Below, piece after piece: positions 10,740-21,163 of a DNA stretch of 64,000 nucleotides. Source of the DNA: an uncultured delta proteobacterium (GTDB taxonomy: Bacteria > Desulfobacterota > BSN033 > UBA1163). Below the pieces are notes generated by a model. That model was not told the origin of the DNA. It did no database searches and worked only from the letters and a program-made list of their open reading frames with translations. How positions within the stretch are numbered: position 1 is the first letter of the stretch; each line of letters starts with the position of its first letter. The translations under genes were made by a program, and so were the position numbers. The stretch lies in the NCBI GenBank assembly GCA_963708295.1, contig CAVPSJ010000011.1, positions 160,001 to 224,000 on the forward strand, read 5' to 3'.

Positions 10740-11084
10740 CTATTTTTCGTATTTCTCAAGAATCTTGCCCGTTCTTCCACCTTCAACTATCTCATCCATT
10801 TTAGATCCCAGGTCAACGCCTAAATCTCTCATCTTTTTCTTAGCCCACAGCCCGACATTTCTCGAGTCCTTATAAAATCCATCGCTCTTTGGTTTTGACG
10901 GATCAAAGTTTGCTAACCGAGATTCTTCGGTTTGGTGGACGCGAAACGAAGAAACCAATTTAGTTAGGTTTCGGCTGTGGCAGTATTTACATCTGATTTT
11001 ATGAACTTCTTCCGTGTTAAGAATCAGCTCGCTGAATTCCCGCTTGCATTGCTCACAGCGATACTCATATATTGGCATGGTCAC
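10740..11084 (-). CDS. FmdB-family zinc-ribbon protein
   Basis: MPIYEYRCEQC...CKYC pattern. Confidence 0.8.
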   Translation of the reverse strand: MTMPIYEYRCEQCKREFSELILNTEEVHKIRCKYCHSRNLTKLVSSFRVHQTEESRLANFDPSKPKSDGFYKDSRNVGLWAKKKMRDLGVDLGSKMDEIVEGGRTGKILEKYEK

Positions 11085-11314
11085 TTTCCTTTTGCCTTCT
11101 TTTTTGTCACTTTTTTCTTAAGCGATGCCTCACTCACCTCTCTTGATTCGGATTGATCTGAATCGGCTGCAGCCTCTTCAGGATTGAATAACTTGGCGCT
11201 TACATCCGGCAGTTTTGCTAGAAAAATCTCGTAATCTTTTTGAGTGATTACCCCGCTCTTCATATTCCTTGCAACATTCCTCTTGTCAAATTTCTTATCT
11301 TCGTCAATATGCAT
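11081..11314 (-). CDS. Small hypothetical protein
   Basis: GAGGAG RBS before the ATG at 11314; stop overlaps the next gene's start. Confidence 0.65.
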   Translation of the reverse strand: MHIDEDKKFDKRNVARNMKSGVITQKDYEIFLAKLPDVSAKLFNPEEAAADSDQSESREVSEASLKKKVTKKKAKGK

Positions 11315-11476
11315 ACCGTTCTCCTCGATTTTTTTTACATAATAAAAGTTAGCATAATTTCCCATTTCCTTCAAGATGTATTATAACATCTTGTTATTTA
11401 AAATACATTTTAGCGTGTCATTCCAATCGACGGATGATAGAGATTTTAGGGACAAGGTATACTTAGAGAAGATTGT

Positions 11477-11514
11477 ACAAAATTGTTGACAAATTTCAAA
11501 AATGTCTATATTAA
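11477..11514 (+). promoter_or_regulatory. Sigma70-like promoter with overlapping paired ACA-N4-TGT boxes
   Basis: TTGACA (11486-11491), 17 nt, TATTAA; boxes ACAAAATTGT and TCAAAAATGT. Confidence 0.5.
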
Positions 11515-11651
11515 TAAGGTCAGCCGTTTAATTGAAGTTCAGGGGGTGAACTCCGGAATCTCTTCGTTTTGCTATTCATTCTGATGAAATTCCACGTCTG
11601 TGCGTCTTTCAGGATTTCTTGACTGCCCCCCAGAGGAGGATCGGCCCAAGG

Positions 11652-12614
11652 ATGAATATTCTTATTACCGGAGCAACTGGTTTTATCGGAAGATATCTTA
11701 CAGCAGCCCTGTCCAAGACTTATTCAGTGAGGTGCCTGGTAAGAAAAACTAGTGATATCAGCCCACTCAGAGACTTAAATGTTGAGCTGGTTTATGGGGA
11801 TTTACTTGATAAAGCCTCGTTACTTCCCGCCTTGGATAAGATAGATATCGTGTTCCATCTCGCAGGGGAAGTATATTCAAAAAAGGGGGCTGACTATTAC
11901 AATGGCAACGTTATGGGGACCAGGAACCTTTTGGAAGTATCTAAGAAAGGAAATCTCAAGAAAATAATTTACTTGAGTAGCATAGCAGTTTATAAACCGG
12001 TCAAGGAAAAAAAATTGCTTGCCGAGGAATCAGAGTGTGGTCCGATTACCCTATATGGCAAGAGTAAACTCGCTGCAGAAACAATGGTTAGACGGTCCAA
12101 TATACCGTTTGTTATCGTTAGAGCACCAGTTATATATGGCCCTAACCAGCCGCCTGTAATAAATAATTTTTTTTTAAACGCTCTTAAAAAGAAAAAAGTC
12201 TATATTATTGGAGACGGTCAGAATCTCCGAAGTATTTGTTTCATAAGAAATCTTACTAATGGACTATCGTTATTAATCAATAAGTTAGAAGCTGAAGGAA
12301 GAACATACGTGCTGTCTGACAACACGCCTTACACTTTCAACCAGATAACCTCGGCGATATCAAAAGTGTCCAACCACAAAATAAGGATCGTCTATCTGCC
12401 GAGCATACTAGCAGGAATCTCATGGCAAATTTATAAATTGATGGGTAATCTTTTTAATTTGTATTTTGTGGGCCTTTATGGGATCAAAACGATGCAACTA
12501 CATTTGGGATGCGATATCACCAAGGCTATGAAAGAAATGGGATACAGACCCTCAATCAGTCTGGAGGCGGGGATTAAATATACCGTCGAATGGATAGAAA
12601 ATTGTAACCTCTAG
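11652..12614 (+). CDS. NAD-dependent epimerase/dehydratase (extended SDR)
   Basis: ITGATGFIG Rossmann motif and YGKSK catalytic motif. Confidence 0.9.
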   Translation: MNILITGATGFIGRYLTAALSKTYSVRCLVRKTSDISPLRDLNVELVYGDLLDKASLLPALDKIDIVFHLAGEVYSKKGADYYNGNVMGTRNLLEVSKKGNLKKIIYLSSIAVYKPVKEKKLLAEESECGPITLYGKSKLAAETMVRRSNIPFVIVRAPVIYGPNQPPVINNFFLNALKKKKVYIIGDGQNLRSICFIRNLTNGLSLLINKLEAEGRTYVLSDNTPYTFNQITSAISKVSNHKIRIVYLPSILAGISWQIYKLMGNLFNLYFVGLYGIKTMQLHLGCDITKAMKEMGYRPSISLEAGIKYTVEWIENCNL

Positions 12615-12658
12615 AAACTTCTGGAAACATAAACTTAAGCCTAATGTATGGAAAATTA

Positions 12659-13909
12659 ATGGAAAAAAGAAGAGTGGTTATCACAGGAATGGGAGTGGTT
12701 GCTCCCAACGGGATAGGATTAGAAGATTTTTGGAGTTCATTGTCACTCGGGCGATCGGGAATAAAAAAAATTACACGATTCGACGTATCCTCATACCCCG
12801 TCCAAATAGCTGGTGAAGTGCAGGATTTCAATCCTTTGATCTATATGACTCCCAAAAGAGTGAGACATATGGACAGGTTTGCTCAATTTGCAGTTACCTG
12901 TGCTAAAATGGCTTTAGAGGATTCCAAAGTAGACCTGACTAACACCGATACAAATAGAATCGGGATTGCTCTGGGATCGGCGCTTGGGGGGTTTCCTCTC
13001 GCTGAGGAACATTACGCGATTTTTTTAGAAAAAGGACTTAAGAGGGTTGACCCATACTTGGCAACAAGAACTTATATAGGGGGATCAACGAGTCAAGTTT
13101 CTATTGAATTAGGAATTAAAGGCCATTCAAATACAATCGGAGGGGCATGCGCGGTGGGAGCAGATAGTATCGGGTATGCACTTCTTGCGATTCGAAATAA
13201 TTTTGCTGATCTGATGATTGCGGGAGCAACAGAAGCACCTATTGCACCGCTAACCATTGGTTCCTTCTTCCAAATCGGGGCTCTCTCTCGTAAGAATGGA
13301 GACCCGACTCGGGCCTCAAGACCGTTTGATAGAGAACGAGATGGTTTTGTAATGAGCGAAGGAGGAGGAGTCTTGATCCTTGAAGATCTGGAAAATGCCC
13401 TAAGGAGAGGTGCCTCTATTTATGCGGAGGTGCTTGGTTACGCTACCACGAATGACTCTTATAGTATCACACATCCGCTACCTGACGGCCTACAGGCTAG
13501 AAAAGCGATGCAACTGGTACTGGAAGATGCCAATGTGGATCCCTCTGAAATCGATTACGTTAATGCTCATGGTTCCTCAACACCCTTAAATGATAAAATC
13601 GAAACAAAGATTCTAAAAGAAATTTTTGGAGAAAGAGCTTATAAACTACCCATCTCCTCCAATAAATCAATGATAGGCCATTCCTTAGGGGCCTCAGGAG
13701 CAATAGAGGTCATTGCTAGTACATTGACAATAAGGTACCAATTTATTCCTCCAACAATTAACTATGAATTTCCTGATCCTGAATGTGATTTAGATTACGT
13801 GCCAAATAAAGGAAGGAAGGCTTGCATTAACACGGTTCTATCGAGTTCATATGGATTCGGGGGGAAAAACTCCAATATTATTATAAGAAAATTCTCTACG
13901 TCTCATTAA
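12659..13909 (+). CDS. fabF: Beta-ketoacyl-ACP synthase II-like ketosynthase
   Basis: RVVITGMG, GACA (Cys), NAHGSST (His), GHSLGA (His), SYGFGGKN. Confidence 0.88.
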   Translation: MEKRRVVITGMGVVAPNGIGLEDFWSSLSLGRSGIKKITRFDVSSYPVQIAGEVQDFNPLIYMTPKRVRHMDRFAQFAVTCAKMALEDSKVDLTNTDTNRIGIALGSALGGFPLAEEHYAIFLEKGLKRVDPYLATRTYIGGSTSQVSIELGIKGHSNTIGGACAVGADSIGYALLAIRNNFADLMIAGATEAPIAPLTIGSFFQIGALSRKNGDPTRASRPFDRERDGFVMSEGGGVLILEDLENALRRGASIYAEVLGYATTNDSYSITHPLPDGLQARKAMQLVLEDANVDPSEIDYVNAHGSSTPLNDKIETKILKEIFGERAYKLPISSNKSMIGHSLGASGAIEVIASTLTIRYQFIPPTINYEFPDPECDLDYVPNKGRKACINTVLSSSYGFGGKNSNIIIRKFSTSH

Positions 13910-13927
13910 GAATAGTAGCCTAGTCAG

Positions 13928-16088
13928 ATGAACACCTCTTTCATTATATCAGCAGCTCTATTAGGAATGCTCAGCCTCCTTTTTGGCGTTTTTGTCTATG
14001 CTAAGAACAAAACCTCAAATGTTAATAAAACCTGGATGATACTAAATTTCAGTGCTTCGTTATGGAGTTGGTCCCTCTTTGCGAGAGAATTATGCTCCGG
14101 TAGAGAAACAGCTCTTTTTTTTGTACGACTATGTTATGTTGGAGCAATTTTCATCCCACCCCTTTTCTTCCATTTTGTTAGTTTTCTAACGAAACGACTA
14201 GGAAGCAAATTGATTTTAGCTTTTTACAGTATAAGTTTGATTTTCTTAATCTTCAATTTCACAACTTTATTCATTAAGGATGTTAGACCAATTCTTTCTT
14301 TTCGTTATTATGGCATTCCGGGAATAGTATTTCCTTTCTTCGTCGGTTCGTTTATTGGGATAACAAGTTATGGCCATTATGTGTTATTTAGGTATTTTAG
14401 GGAATCACGGGGCGAAATACGAAATCAAATCAGATATTTGTTGTCTGCCACAATTATCGGTTTCTTAGGAGGGATATCAACCTTTTTGCCCGTTTTTAAT
14501 ATTGAAGTATTCCCATTTGGGTTTTATTTAATTTCGGTATACGTCGTGATTATCTCATATGCAATCGCAAAACACAGGTTGATGGATATTAATATTGTGT
14601 TAAAGAAGGGGACAACTTACATTCTTCTGTTGATAACCTTGTTTGTCCCGTCATTCCTTTTGATTCTTCTCGGCCAAAAGCTCTTCTTCTTTAAGATTAG
14701 TTATTTGTTCACGGCCATCATTGTTGCACTTCTATTTTTGGTGACCATCCTCTTTTACAGGATTAAGCCTCAGGCTGAAAGAGTGGTCGAGCAAGTTTTA
14801 TTCAAAAACCGCTACGATTATCGGGAGACGTTGGCAGACTTCAGCAAAGCCATGGTTTCTATTTTGGACCTGCAATCTCTTTCACGAAGAATCTTCGAAA
14901 CGATTACACAGACCATGGGGGTCGAGAAGGGATCTCTGTTTTTGTGGAATGAAGAAAAAGCAGGTTATTCTTTGTTCGAATCGAAAAGTATTGAAGCAAC
15001 TAGTGCAATTTCTCAGATTCCCAAAAGACGATCCCCTACCCCATTATTTGCAGAAAACGGGAGAGATTATTACCCGAGAAGAATTGGCAAAGGGAGTCAA
15101 TAACCCACCATTGAAGGATATTGCGGAGAAAATGTCTCTTTTAGATGCAGAAGTATCTATTCCTTTCATCTCAAAGGGACAACTCGTCGGTATGATGAAC
15201 TTGGGCTACAAGTTCACCAAAGATATTTATTCTTACGAGGATATTGAATTGCTCAGCACCCTGGCCAATCAAACGGCGATTGCTATTGAGAATGCAAGGT
15301 TATATGAAGACCTGAAGAGGTCAAAATCGTATATGCGCAGGGCGGATCGCCTTGCTTCCCTGGGAACCCTTACGGCTGGACTGGCCCATGAAATTCGTAA
15401 CCCCCTGGTGGCGATCAAGACCTTAACTCAGTTGTTGCCCGAGCGGCTTGAGGATGAGGAATTTCGAAGCCAGTTTCTCAAGATTGCTTCGGGGGAGGTA
15501 GACCGCATTTCTTCGCTCGTCAATGAGCTTCTCGATTTTGCCAGACCTTCCGACCCCAAGTGGGCGTTCGAGGACATCAACGCGATTTTAGACGGGATGA
15601 TTCTTTTGGTTTCGACGGGGACGAAGAAAAAACTCATCACCATTATTAAAAACTATGCCTCTAATTTACCACTTGCTCAGATCGATCGGGAACAGATTAA
15701 ACAAGTTGTTTTGAACATTTTATTGAATGCGATTGATGCTACCCCCGAGAACGGCACAATTACGGTTCAAACCCGATCCTTCATAAAACCAGGCGGAGAA
15801 CCCTACGTCCAGATTGAGCTCACGGACACGGGTTGTGGCATTCCAAGGGAGAACTTAGAAGACATCTTCAATCCTTTTTTCACAACAAAAGCCGCCGGGA
15901 GCGGGTTAGGGTTATCCATTTCGAACCAGATCATTCAAGACCACAAAGGATATATTGATGTGGAGAGTCAGTTGGAAAAAGGATCTTCCTTTTTCATCAA
16001 TTTACCGATCCGTCAGGACCATCCTAAAAGAAGAACGAGGGATTCAGAAAATAGCCAAAATGTCTCGTTGACCCCCGAGGAGCGATGA
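13928..16088 (+). CDS. 7TM-GAF sensor histidine kinase, split by one frameshift near 15023-15026
   Basis: ORF 13928-15103 carries the multi-TM sensor and start of GAF; ORF 14949-16088 carries the rest of GAF, AHEIRNPL, DTGCG and GSGLGL. Removing one A from CCCAAAAGAC joins them as ...QIPKDDPL... Confidence 0.85.
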
Positions 16089-17623
16089 ACTACCAAGAGC
16101 TAATTCATTCCCCAATTATCTCATCTCAGATTATTTCGCTTATCGAAAAAGCCTCCCATAACAGTATCCCCGTTCTTATCCAGGGGGAGCATGGAACAGG
16201 GAAAGAATGGGTCGCTAAGATCATCCACCACGCCGGGGATTGGAAGTATTACCACTTTTATAAGATCGATTGCAAAACACAAACAGAGGATTCGTTCAAT
16301 CAACAGCTACAACGCATCTACACTGAGAACAACTTCGGAACCATCCCTGCCACAGTTTATTTCAAAGAAGTCGCCAGTCTGGAACCGCCTCTCCAGTCAA
16401 AGCTACTGGAACTGGTGGAAGATGGTTTTTTCCAAGCAGGTCTGGACAAGAAGATCATCACCAATCTCAGATTCATTGCGTCTTCCTCAGAGGATTTAAG
16501 AGAGAAAATCAGTCAGGGAAGATTTTCCGAGGATTTACACCACCGGCTCAATATTCTATCGATCCATATCCCACCCCTGAGAGACCGCGCCAAGGAGATC
16601 GCAACGATCATCAAATATGTTTTGGAAGAATATTCTAAGAAAATGAAAATAGGTAAGGTAGGAATATCTGACGTGGTTCTGAAATTGCTACAAAACTATT
16701 GGTGGCCGGGGAACCTGAAGGAATTGCAGCAAGTCATCGTCCGAAGTGCGATCTTTTCAGGGGGTAACCTTTTGACGGAAAAAGATCTTCTCTTCGAATC
16801 GGAAAATGAAAACAAATCTTTTGTCGCTTTTCTGAAGAAAGCCGACAAGGTCCCCGTCGAATCAAAACCCACCAACTTCTCATCCGACCAGAATGCGCAT
16901 CTTTTTTCGCTCTTCTTAATGGAGCTGGTCCATCGGATCAAGAATCCTTTGGTCTCCGTTAAGACCTTCACTCAACTTTTGCGAGAAAAATTCAACGACG
17001 GAGAATTTAGAGAACATTTTTACAAGATTGTCACGGAGGATATTGAAAAGATCGATACCGTCATGAACGGTCTTGTCCGTTACGTCAAAATTAATACGCC
17101 GATGGAAAAAAGGGACACGATCCACTTCATTCTCGAAGATGTATTAAGAAATCACGAAGCAGAACTCGAACGTAGAAAGATAAAACTGTTCAAGAAATTC
17201 GAAAAAGATCTTCCTGAAACGACCCTCCACGACGAACAGCTGAGATACATTTTGAATGCCCTTCTTCAATACGCGATCCCTTTTATCACTCCCAGCGGAA
17301 GCATCGGATTCTTAACCAAATCGTCTGATGCGGGAACCGAAGCCGGCGGATCACTCCCAAGGAATGGGAGATACATTGAAATTTTGATTGTTTTCACGGG
17401 TTACCGGAAACCCTTTGAACAATTCGAAACCGTATTGGGGATTCCTGCTGCCCCGAAGGAAGAGGCCATCGAATTGGAATTAAGGCTTATTAAAGAGATT
17501 ATTCAAAAGAATCAAGGGATGATGAAATTCGAAGTGAATGAAAAGAAACCGAGGACAGTGATTTCTTTGAAATTCCCTACTGAAAGAAGAAAGTTGATCT
17601 ATTATCAACCTGCGAATGTCTAA
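16085..17623 (+). CDS. Degenerate sigma54-activator AAA+ domain fused to a HisKA-like C-terminus
   Basis: GEHGTGKE, RFSEDLHHRL and WWPGNLKEL are present but GAFTGA is absent; later ELVHRIKNPL. Confidence 0.8.
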   Translation: MNYQELIHSPIISSQIISLIEKASHNSIPVLIQGEHGTGKEWVAKIIHHAGDWKYYHFYKIDCKTQTEDSFNQQLQRIYTENNFGTIPATVYFKEVASLEPPLQSKLLELVEDGFFQAGLDKKIITNLRFIASSSEDLREKISQGRFSEDLHHRLNILSIHIPPLRDRAKEIATIIKYVLEEYSKKMKIGKVGISDVVLKLLQNYWWPGNLKELQQVIVRSAIFSGGNLLTEKDLLFESENENKSFVAFLKKADKVPVESKPTNFSSDQNAHLFSLFLMELVHRIKNPLVSVKTFTQLLREKFNDGEFREHFYKIVTEDIEKIDTVMNGLVRYVKINTPMEKRDTIHFILEDVLRNHEAELERRKIKLFKKFEKDLPETTLHDEQLRYILNALLQYAIPFITPSGSIGFLTKSSDAGTEAGGSLPRNGRYIEILIVFTGYRKPFEQFETVLGIPAAPKEEAIELELRLIKEIIQKNQGMMKFEVNEKKPRTVISLKFPTERRKLIYYQPANV

Positions 17624-17632
17624 GAAAGGGAG

Positions 17633-19036
17633 ATGTTACCAGTGAACGAGAAGCTCAGAAGTGTCTTGGTGGTTGACGACGAGGTCGGGGCCCGTGAATC
17701 TCTCAAGATGATTCTAAAAAATGATTATGAGGTGTTTTCAGCGAAAGATGCGGAAGAGGCGTTTCATCACATCAAAGAGCGTTCCCCGGACGTCATCCTC
17801 CTGGACATCATTCTGCCCGACCTCGATGGGTTGAAGGTCTTGGAGAGGATCAAGCAGAATGACCCAGATATGGTTGTGATTATGATTACGGCCACAAAAA
17901 CGGTCAAAACGGCCGTAGAAGCAATGAAGCTCGGAGCCTATGATTATGTGACCAAACCCTTCGATATTGATGAATTACGCCTGATTATCAGCCGGTCCTT
18001 ATCCACCAAGGCTCTGGAGCACGAAGTTAAATATCGCCGAGAGGAGATGGATAAAAACTTTGATTTTAGAAATATTATCGGGAAAAGCAAATCCATGAAG
18101 GACATTTTCAAGGTGGTTAAACAAATCGCAGATTCGAAATCCACGGCTTTAATCATGGGAGAGAGTGGAACAGGAAAAGAGCTGATTTCCCGAGCTATCC
18201 ATTATAATAGCAATCGCAAGAATTATCCTTTTGTCACTATTAACTGTGCCGCGATTCCAGAAACGCTGATCGAGAGCGAACTGTTCGGACATGAAAAGGG
18301 GGCATTCACCAACGCCATCGAAAAGAAACTGGGCCGCTTCGAGGTCGCCCATCAGGGAACCCTTTTCCTTGATGAAATCGGTGAGTTGAGTTTGGCCACC
18401 CAGGCCAAAATCCTCAGGTTTCTTGAAGAAAGAGAATTTAACCGCGTGGGCGGCTCGAAGACGATTAAAGTTGATGTAAGGCTGATCACGGCTACCAACA
18501 AAGACCTGAATCAAATGATCAAGAAGGGAGGTTTCCGTGAGGATCTTTATTATCGAATTAACGTCGTCCCCATTTTGATCCCTCCCCTAAGGGAAAGGAA
18601 GGAAGACGTTCCTCTATTAATCGAGCATTTTGTAGGTAAATTTGGCACCGAAAATAATAGGAATGTGAAAGGAATCAGCAAAGAGGCTTTAGAGGTAATG
18701 ATGCAATATGAATGGCCTGGGAACATCCGCGAGTTAGAAAATTTGATTGAGCGCGTGATTACTTTGACGTCCAATGAATTTATTCAGCTGAATGAATTGC
18801 CTCCTTTCTTCAAGAGTGGTCCCCAGGTTGATGGATTGAAAGAATCGGTCCTGGGTGGAAAAGTCTCTTTTCTGCAAGCCGAAGAGGAGTTTGAGCGGGA
18901 GGTCATTTTAGACGCTTTGAAAAAGACGAATAACATCCAGTCCCATGCGGCAGAAATCTTAGGGATTAGCCGCCGGATATTGAAATATAAAATGGATAAA
19001 CTGGGCATCAATCAGGTTAAGCTCAAAGATTATTAA
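17633..19036 (+). CDS. NtrC-family sigma54-dependent response regulator
   Basis: REC domain, GESGTGKE, ESELFGHEKGAFTNA, FLDEI and a C-terminal Fis-type HTH. Confidence 0.95.
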   Translation: MLPVNEKLRSVLVVDDEVGARESLKMILKNDYEVFSAKDAEEAFHHIKERSPDVILLDIILPDLDGLKVLERIKQNDPDMVVIMITATKTVKTAVEAMKLGAYDYVTKPFDIDELRLIISRSLSTKALEHEVKYRREEMDKNFDFRNIIGKSKSMKDIFKVVKQIADSKSTALIMGESGTGKELISRAIHYNSNRKNYPFVTINCAAIPETLIESELFGHEKGAFTNAIEKKLGRFEVAHQGTLFLDEIGELSLATQAKILRFLEEREFNRVGGSKTIKVDVRLITATNKDLNQMIKKGGFREDLYYRINVVPILIPPLRERKEDVPLLIEHFVGKFGTENNRNVKGISKEALEVMMQYEWPGNIRELENLIERVITLTSNEFIQLNELPPFFKSGPQVDGLKESVLGGKVSFLQAEEEFEREVILDALKKTNNIQSHAAEILGISRRILKYKMDKLGINQVKLKDY

Positions 19037-19043
19037 AATCATC

Positions 19044-19073
19044 ACAAAATTGTTAAATCCCGTTCAATTTTGA
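19044..19073 (+). promoter_or_regulatory. Putative upstream activator sequence
   Basis: Inverted repeat CAAAATTG-N12-CAATTTTG about 120-145 bp upstream of a sigma54 motif. Confidence 0.5.
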
Positions 19074-19189
19074 AGAACCCTGCCACGGGCGCCCCTTGGA
19101 ACAGCATCCCTCTCCGAATCGTATGATGATTCTTTTTTAATTCCAAATAGTTACACATCTATGTAAAATCGATTCTTCATGCCAGCATA

Positions 19190-19205
19190 TGGCAAACTTC
19201 TTGCT
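19190..19205 (+). promoter_or_regulatory. Sigma54 (-24/-12) promoter
   Basis: TGGCAAACTTCTTGCT with exact GG-N10-GC spacing; IHF-like ATTCCAAATAGTTA just upstream. Confidence 0.7.
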
Positions 19206-19251
19206 TAAATGTTTCTTTTATCTGATTCCTATTCCACCGGGGGGCGAGGCA

Positions 19252-20388
19252 ATGGAAGCAAAAACCAACGCATCCAACATTCTCATCGTCGATGATGAAA
19301 TTGGGCCTAGAGAATCTCTACGAATGGTCCTAAAGCCGAACTATAATGTCTATACCGTTGAAAACGGATACGCTGCCATCCAAATGATTCAACAGGTCGA
19401 AATGGACGTATTGACGTTAGACCTCAAGATGCCAGGGATGAACGGAATCGAAACGCTCAAAGAAATTCGAATGATTTCCCCGGATGTCATGGTCATCATT
19501 ATCACAGGATACGGAACCTTGAAAACCGCCATTGAGGCGATTCGCTACGGGGTCTTTGATTATATCCCAAAGCCTTTCAATGTCCCCGAAATTTTATCGA
19601 TTATTGATAAATCCATCCAACGACGAAAACTCAATCTGAAGGTAAAAGAAGTTCTTGGCAACTGTTTCAATCAACAGCTCCTTCAAGAGCCCCTTGCTAA
19701 TGGGGATTCCCCCGTTCAAGGAGAAAACAAGCCAGTCGCCGATTGTAAATGGGATGATATTAACCTCTCGGACACGCAAAGTTGTCTCGAATTTGCCAAG
19801 GTCCTGGCATACACCCTTGAAGAGAAAGATCCTTATACCTCAGGCCATTCAGAGCGGGTCTGTTATTACTCGGATTTTATTTCCAAACGTCTTTCACTTT
19901 CACCTAAGGAGCGGAGTGAATTGCAGATCGCGTCTTATCTCCACGATATCGGAAAAATCGGCATCAGCAATCGGTTCATTAATAAAAAAGGGACCCTGAC
20001 CCCAACGGATTGGGCTGTCATCAAGCAGCACACCAGAAAATCGATTGAGCTTTTAGTCCCCTTGAATCTTTCCTCTAACATCATTTCTTATATCCAACAC
20101 CACCATGAACGTTACGATGGAACAGGCTATCCAGACGGATTAGCGGGGGAAAGAATCCCCCTGGGGGCGAGAATTATTGCCATCTCCGATTCCTACGACA
20201 GCATGACCTCGGATCGACCCTACCGAAAACCTCTTACGAACGGAGATGCGAAGAGTGAATTGCTGAAAAACGCCGGAAAGCAGTTTGATCCGAAGATTGT
20301 CAGTCTCTTCTTGGATGTATTAAAGGAAATGGAAGATGTCTTTCTCGTAAAAGATCATCTCAGAGCTCCTGCAGTATCCAATAGCTAG
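19252..20388 (+). CDS. Response regulator with HD-GYP (c-di-GMP phosphodiesterase-type) domain
   Basis: REC domain, LHDIGK and HHERYDGTGYP; start placed downstream of the sigma54 motif. Confidence 0.9.
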   Translation: MEAKTNASNILIVDDEIGPRESLRMVLKPNYNVYTVENGYAAIQMIQQVEMDVLTLDLKMPGMNGIETLKEIRMISPDVMVIIITGYGTLKTAIEAIRYGVFDYIPKPFNVPEILSIIDKSIQRRKLNLKVKEVLGNCFNQQLLQEPLANGDSPVQGENKPVADCKWDDINLSDTQSCLEFAKVLAYTLEEKDPYTSGHSERVCYYSDFISKRLSLSPKERSELQIASYLHDIGKIGISNRFINKKGTLTPTDWAVIKQHTRKSIELLVPLNLSSNIISYIQHHHERYDGTGYPDGLAGERIPLGARIIAISDSYDSMTSDRPYRKPLTNGDAKSELLKNAGKQFDPKIVSLFLDVLKEMEDVFLVKDHLRAPAVSNS

Positions 20389-20407
20389 AACGGTCCGGGA
20401 GATTTCA

Positions 20408-21163
20408 ATGAGCCGACTCATCCGTTGTAAGAATTGTGATCAAATTTTTCTAAAAAGCCCCTTTGACAAATGTCCGGAATACGGATTAGACTCCGGTGAT
20501 CCCCCTGAGAACTTTCAAAGCGTGGAGAGAGATGATTTCAGAGATTTCTTATTCCACCATCGGGGTCACCAATTGGAGGATTTGGATATCATTGAAGACT
20601 CTTACGTTAGCGAAAAGGCTTACTCCGAACCCGTCAAAACTTCTTTTCTTAAAGCGACCAACGGAAGAGAAAAGTTCGTGATCAAGAAATCTAGAGAGAG
20701 AATTGACGAACCCTTGAAATACGAATTGGTCTCCGGAGACTATTGCCTCAAATGCATCTCCGTAGTAATTCAACCCGAGGAGATCGAGAAACAATTAAGA
20801 AGAGAACTAAACCCGCCCCCTTCTCAAGACAAAATCGATGCCTTTCTGAAATTGATGGGTGCTCTCGCCGAGGACGTTGCCCTTCAAGACCTGGAAAGGA
20901 TTCCCGAGGCATCTCACCATCCTCTGGAGGTTTATTATAGAATCGATGATGTCCGTGTCATATATCTATTGAGAAACTGCCGCCATATTTTCGAAGGACA
21001 GGAATATTCGGCCATGGAGGAGTTCATCCGCCGACATAAGGACGATGGGGTACTGTTATTGAAAGCAATCTATAAAATCCAGATCAGCCAGAAGGCCGGA
21101 ACAAGGAAAAGGGTAACATCTCCCCTGCCCTTCGAAAAAGAAGAACTTTTTGGACAAAAATAG
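20408..21163 (+). CDS. Hypothetical protein with N-terminal CxxC/HxxH
   Basis: 251-aa ORF co-oriented 19 nt after the HD-GYP gene. Confidence 0.7.
   Translation: MSRLIRCKNCDQIFLKSPFDKCPEYGLDSGDPPENFQSVERDDFRDFLFHHRGHQLEDLDIIEDSYVSEKAYSEPVKTSFLKATNGREKFVIKKSRERIDEPLKYELVSGDYCLKCISVVIQPEEIEKQLRRELNPPPSQDKIDAFLKLMGALAEDVALQDLERIPEASHHPLEVYYRIDDVRVIYLLRNCRHIFEGQEYSAMEEFIRRHKDDGVLLLKAIYKIQISQKAGTRKRVTSPLPFEKEELFGQK

Noticed and set aside
19189-19251. Longer N-terminus for the HD-GYP gene
   Set aside because: The ATG at 19189 overlaps the sigma54 motif; the ATG at 19252 has an RBS-like sequence and begins the REC domain
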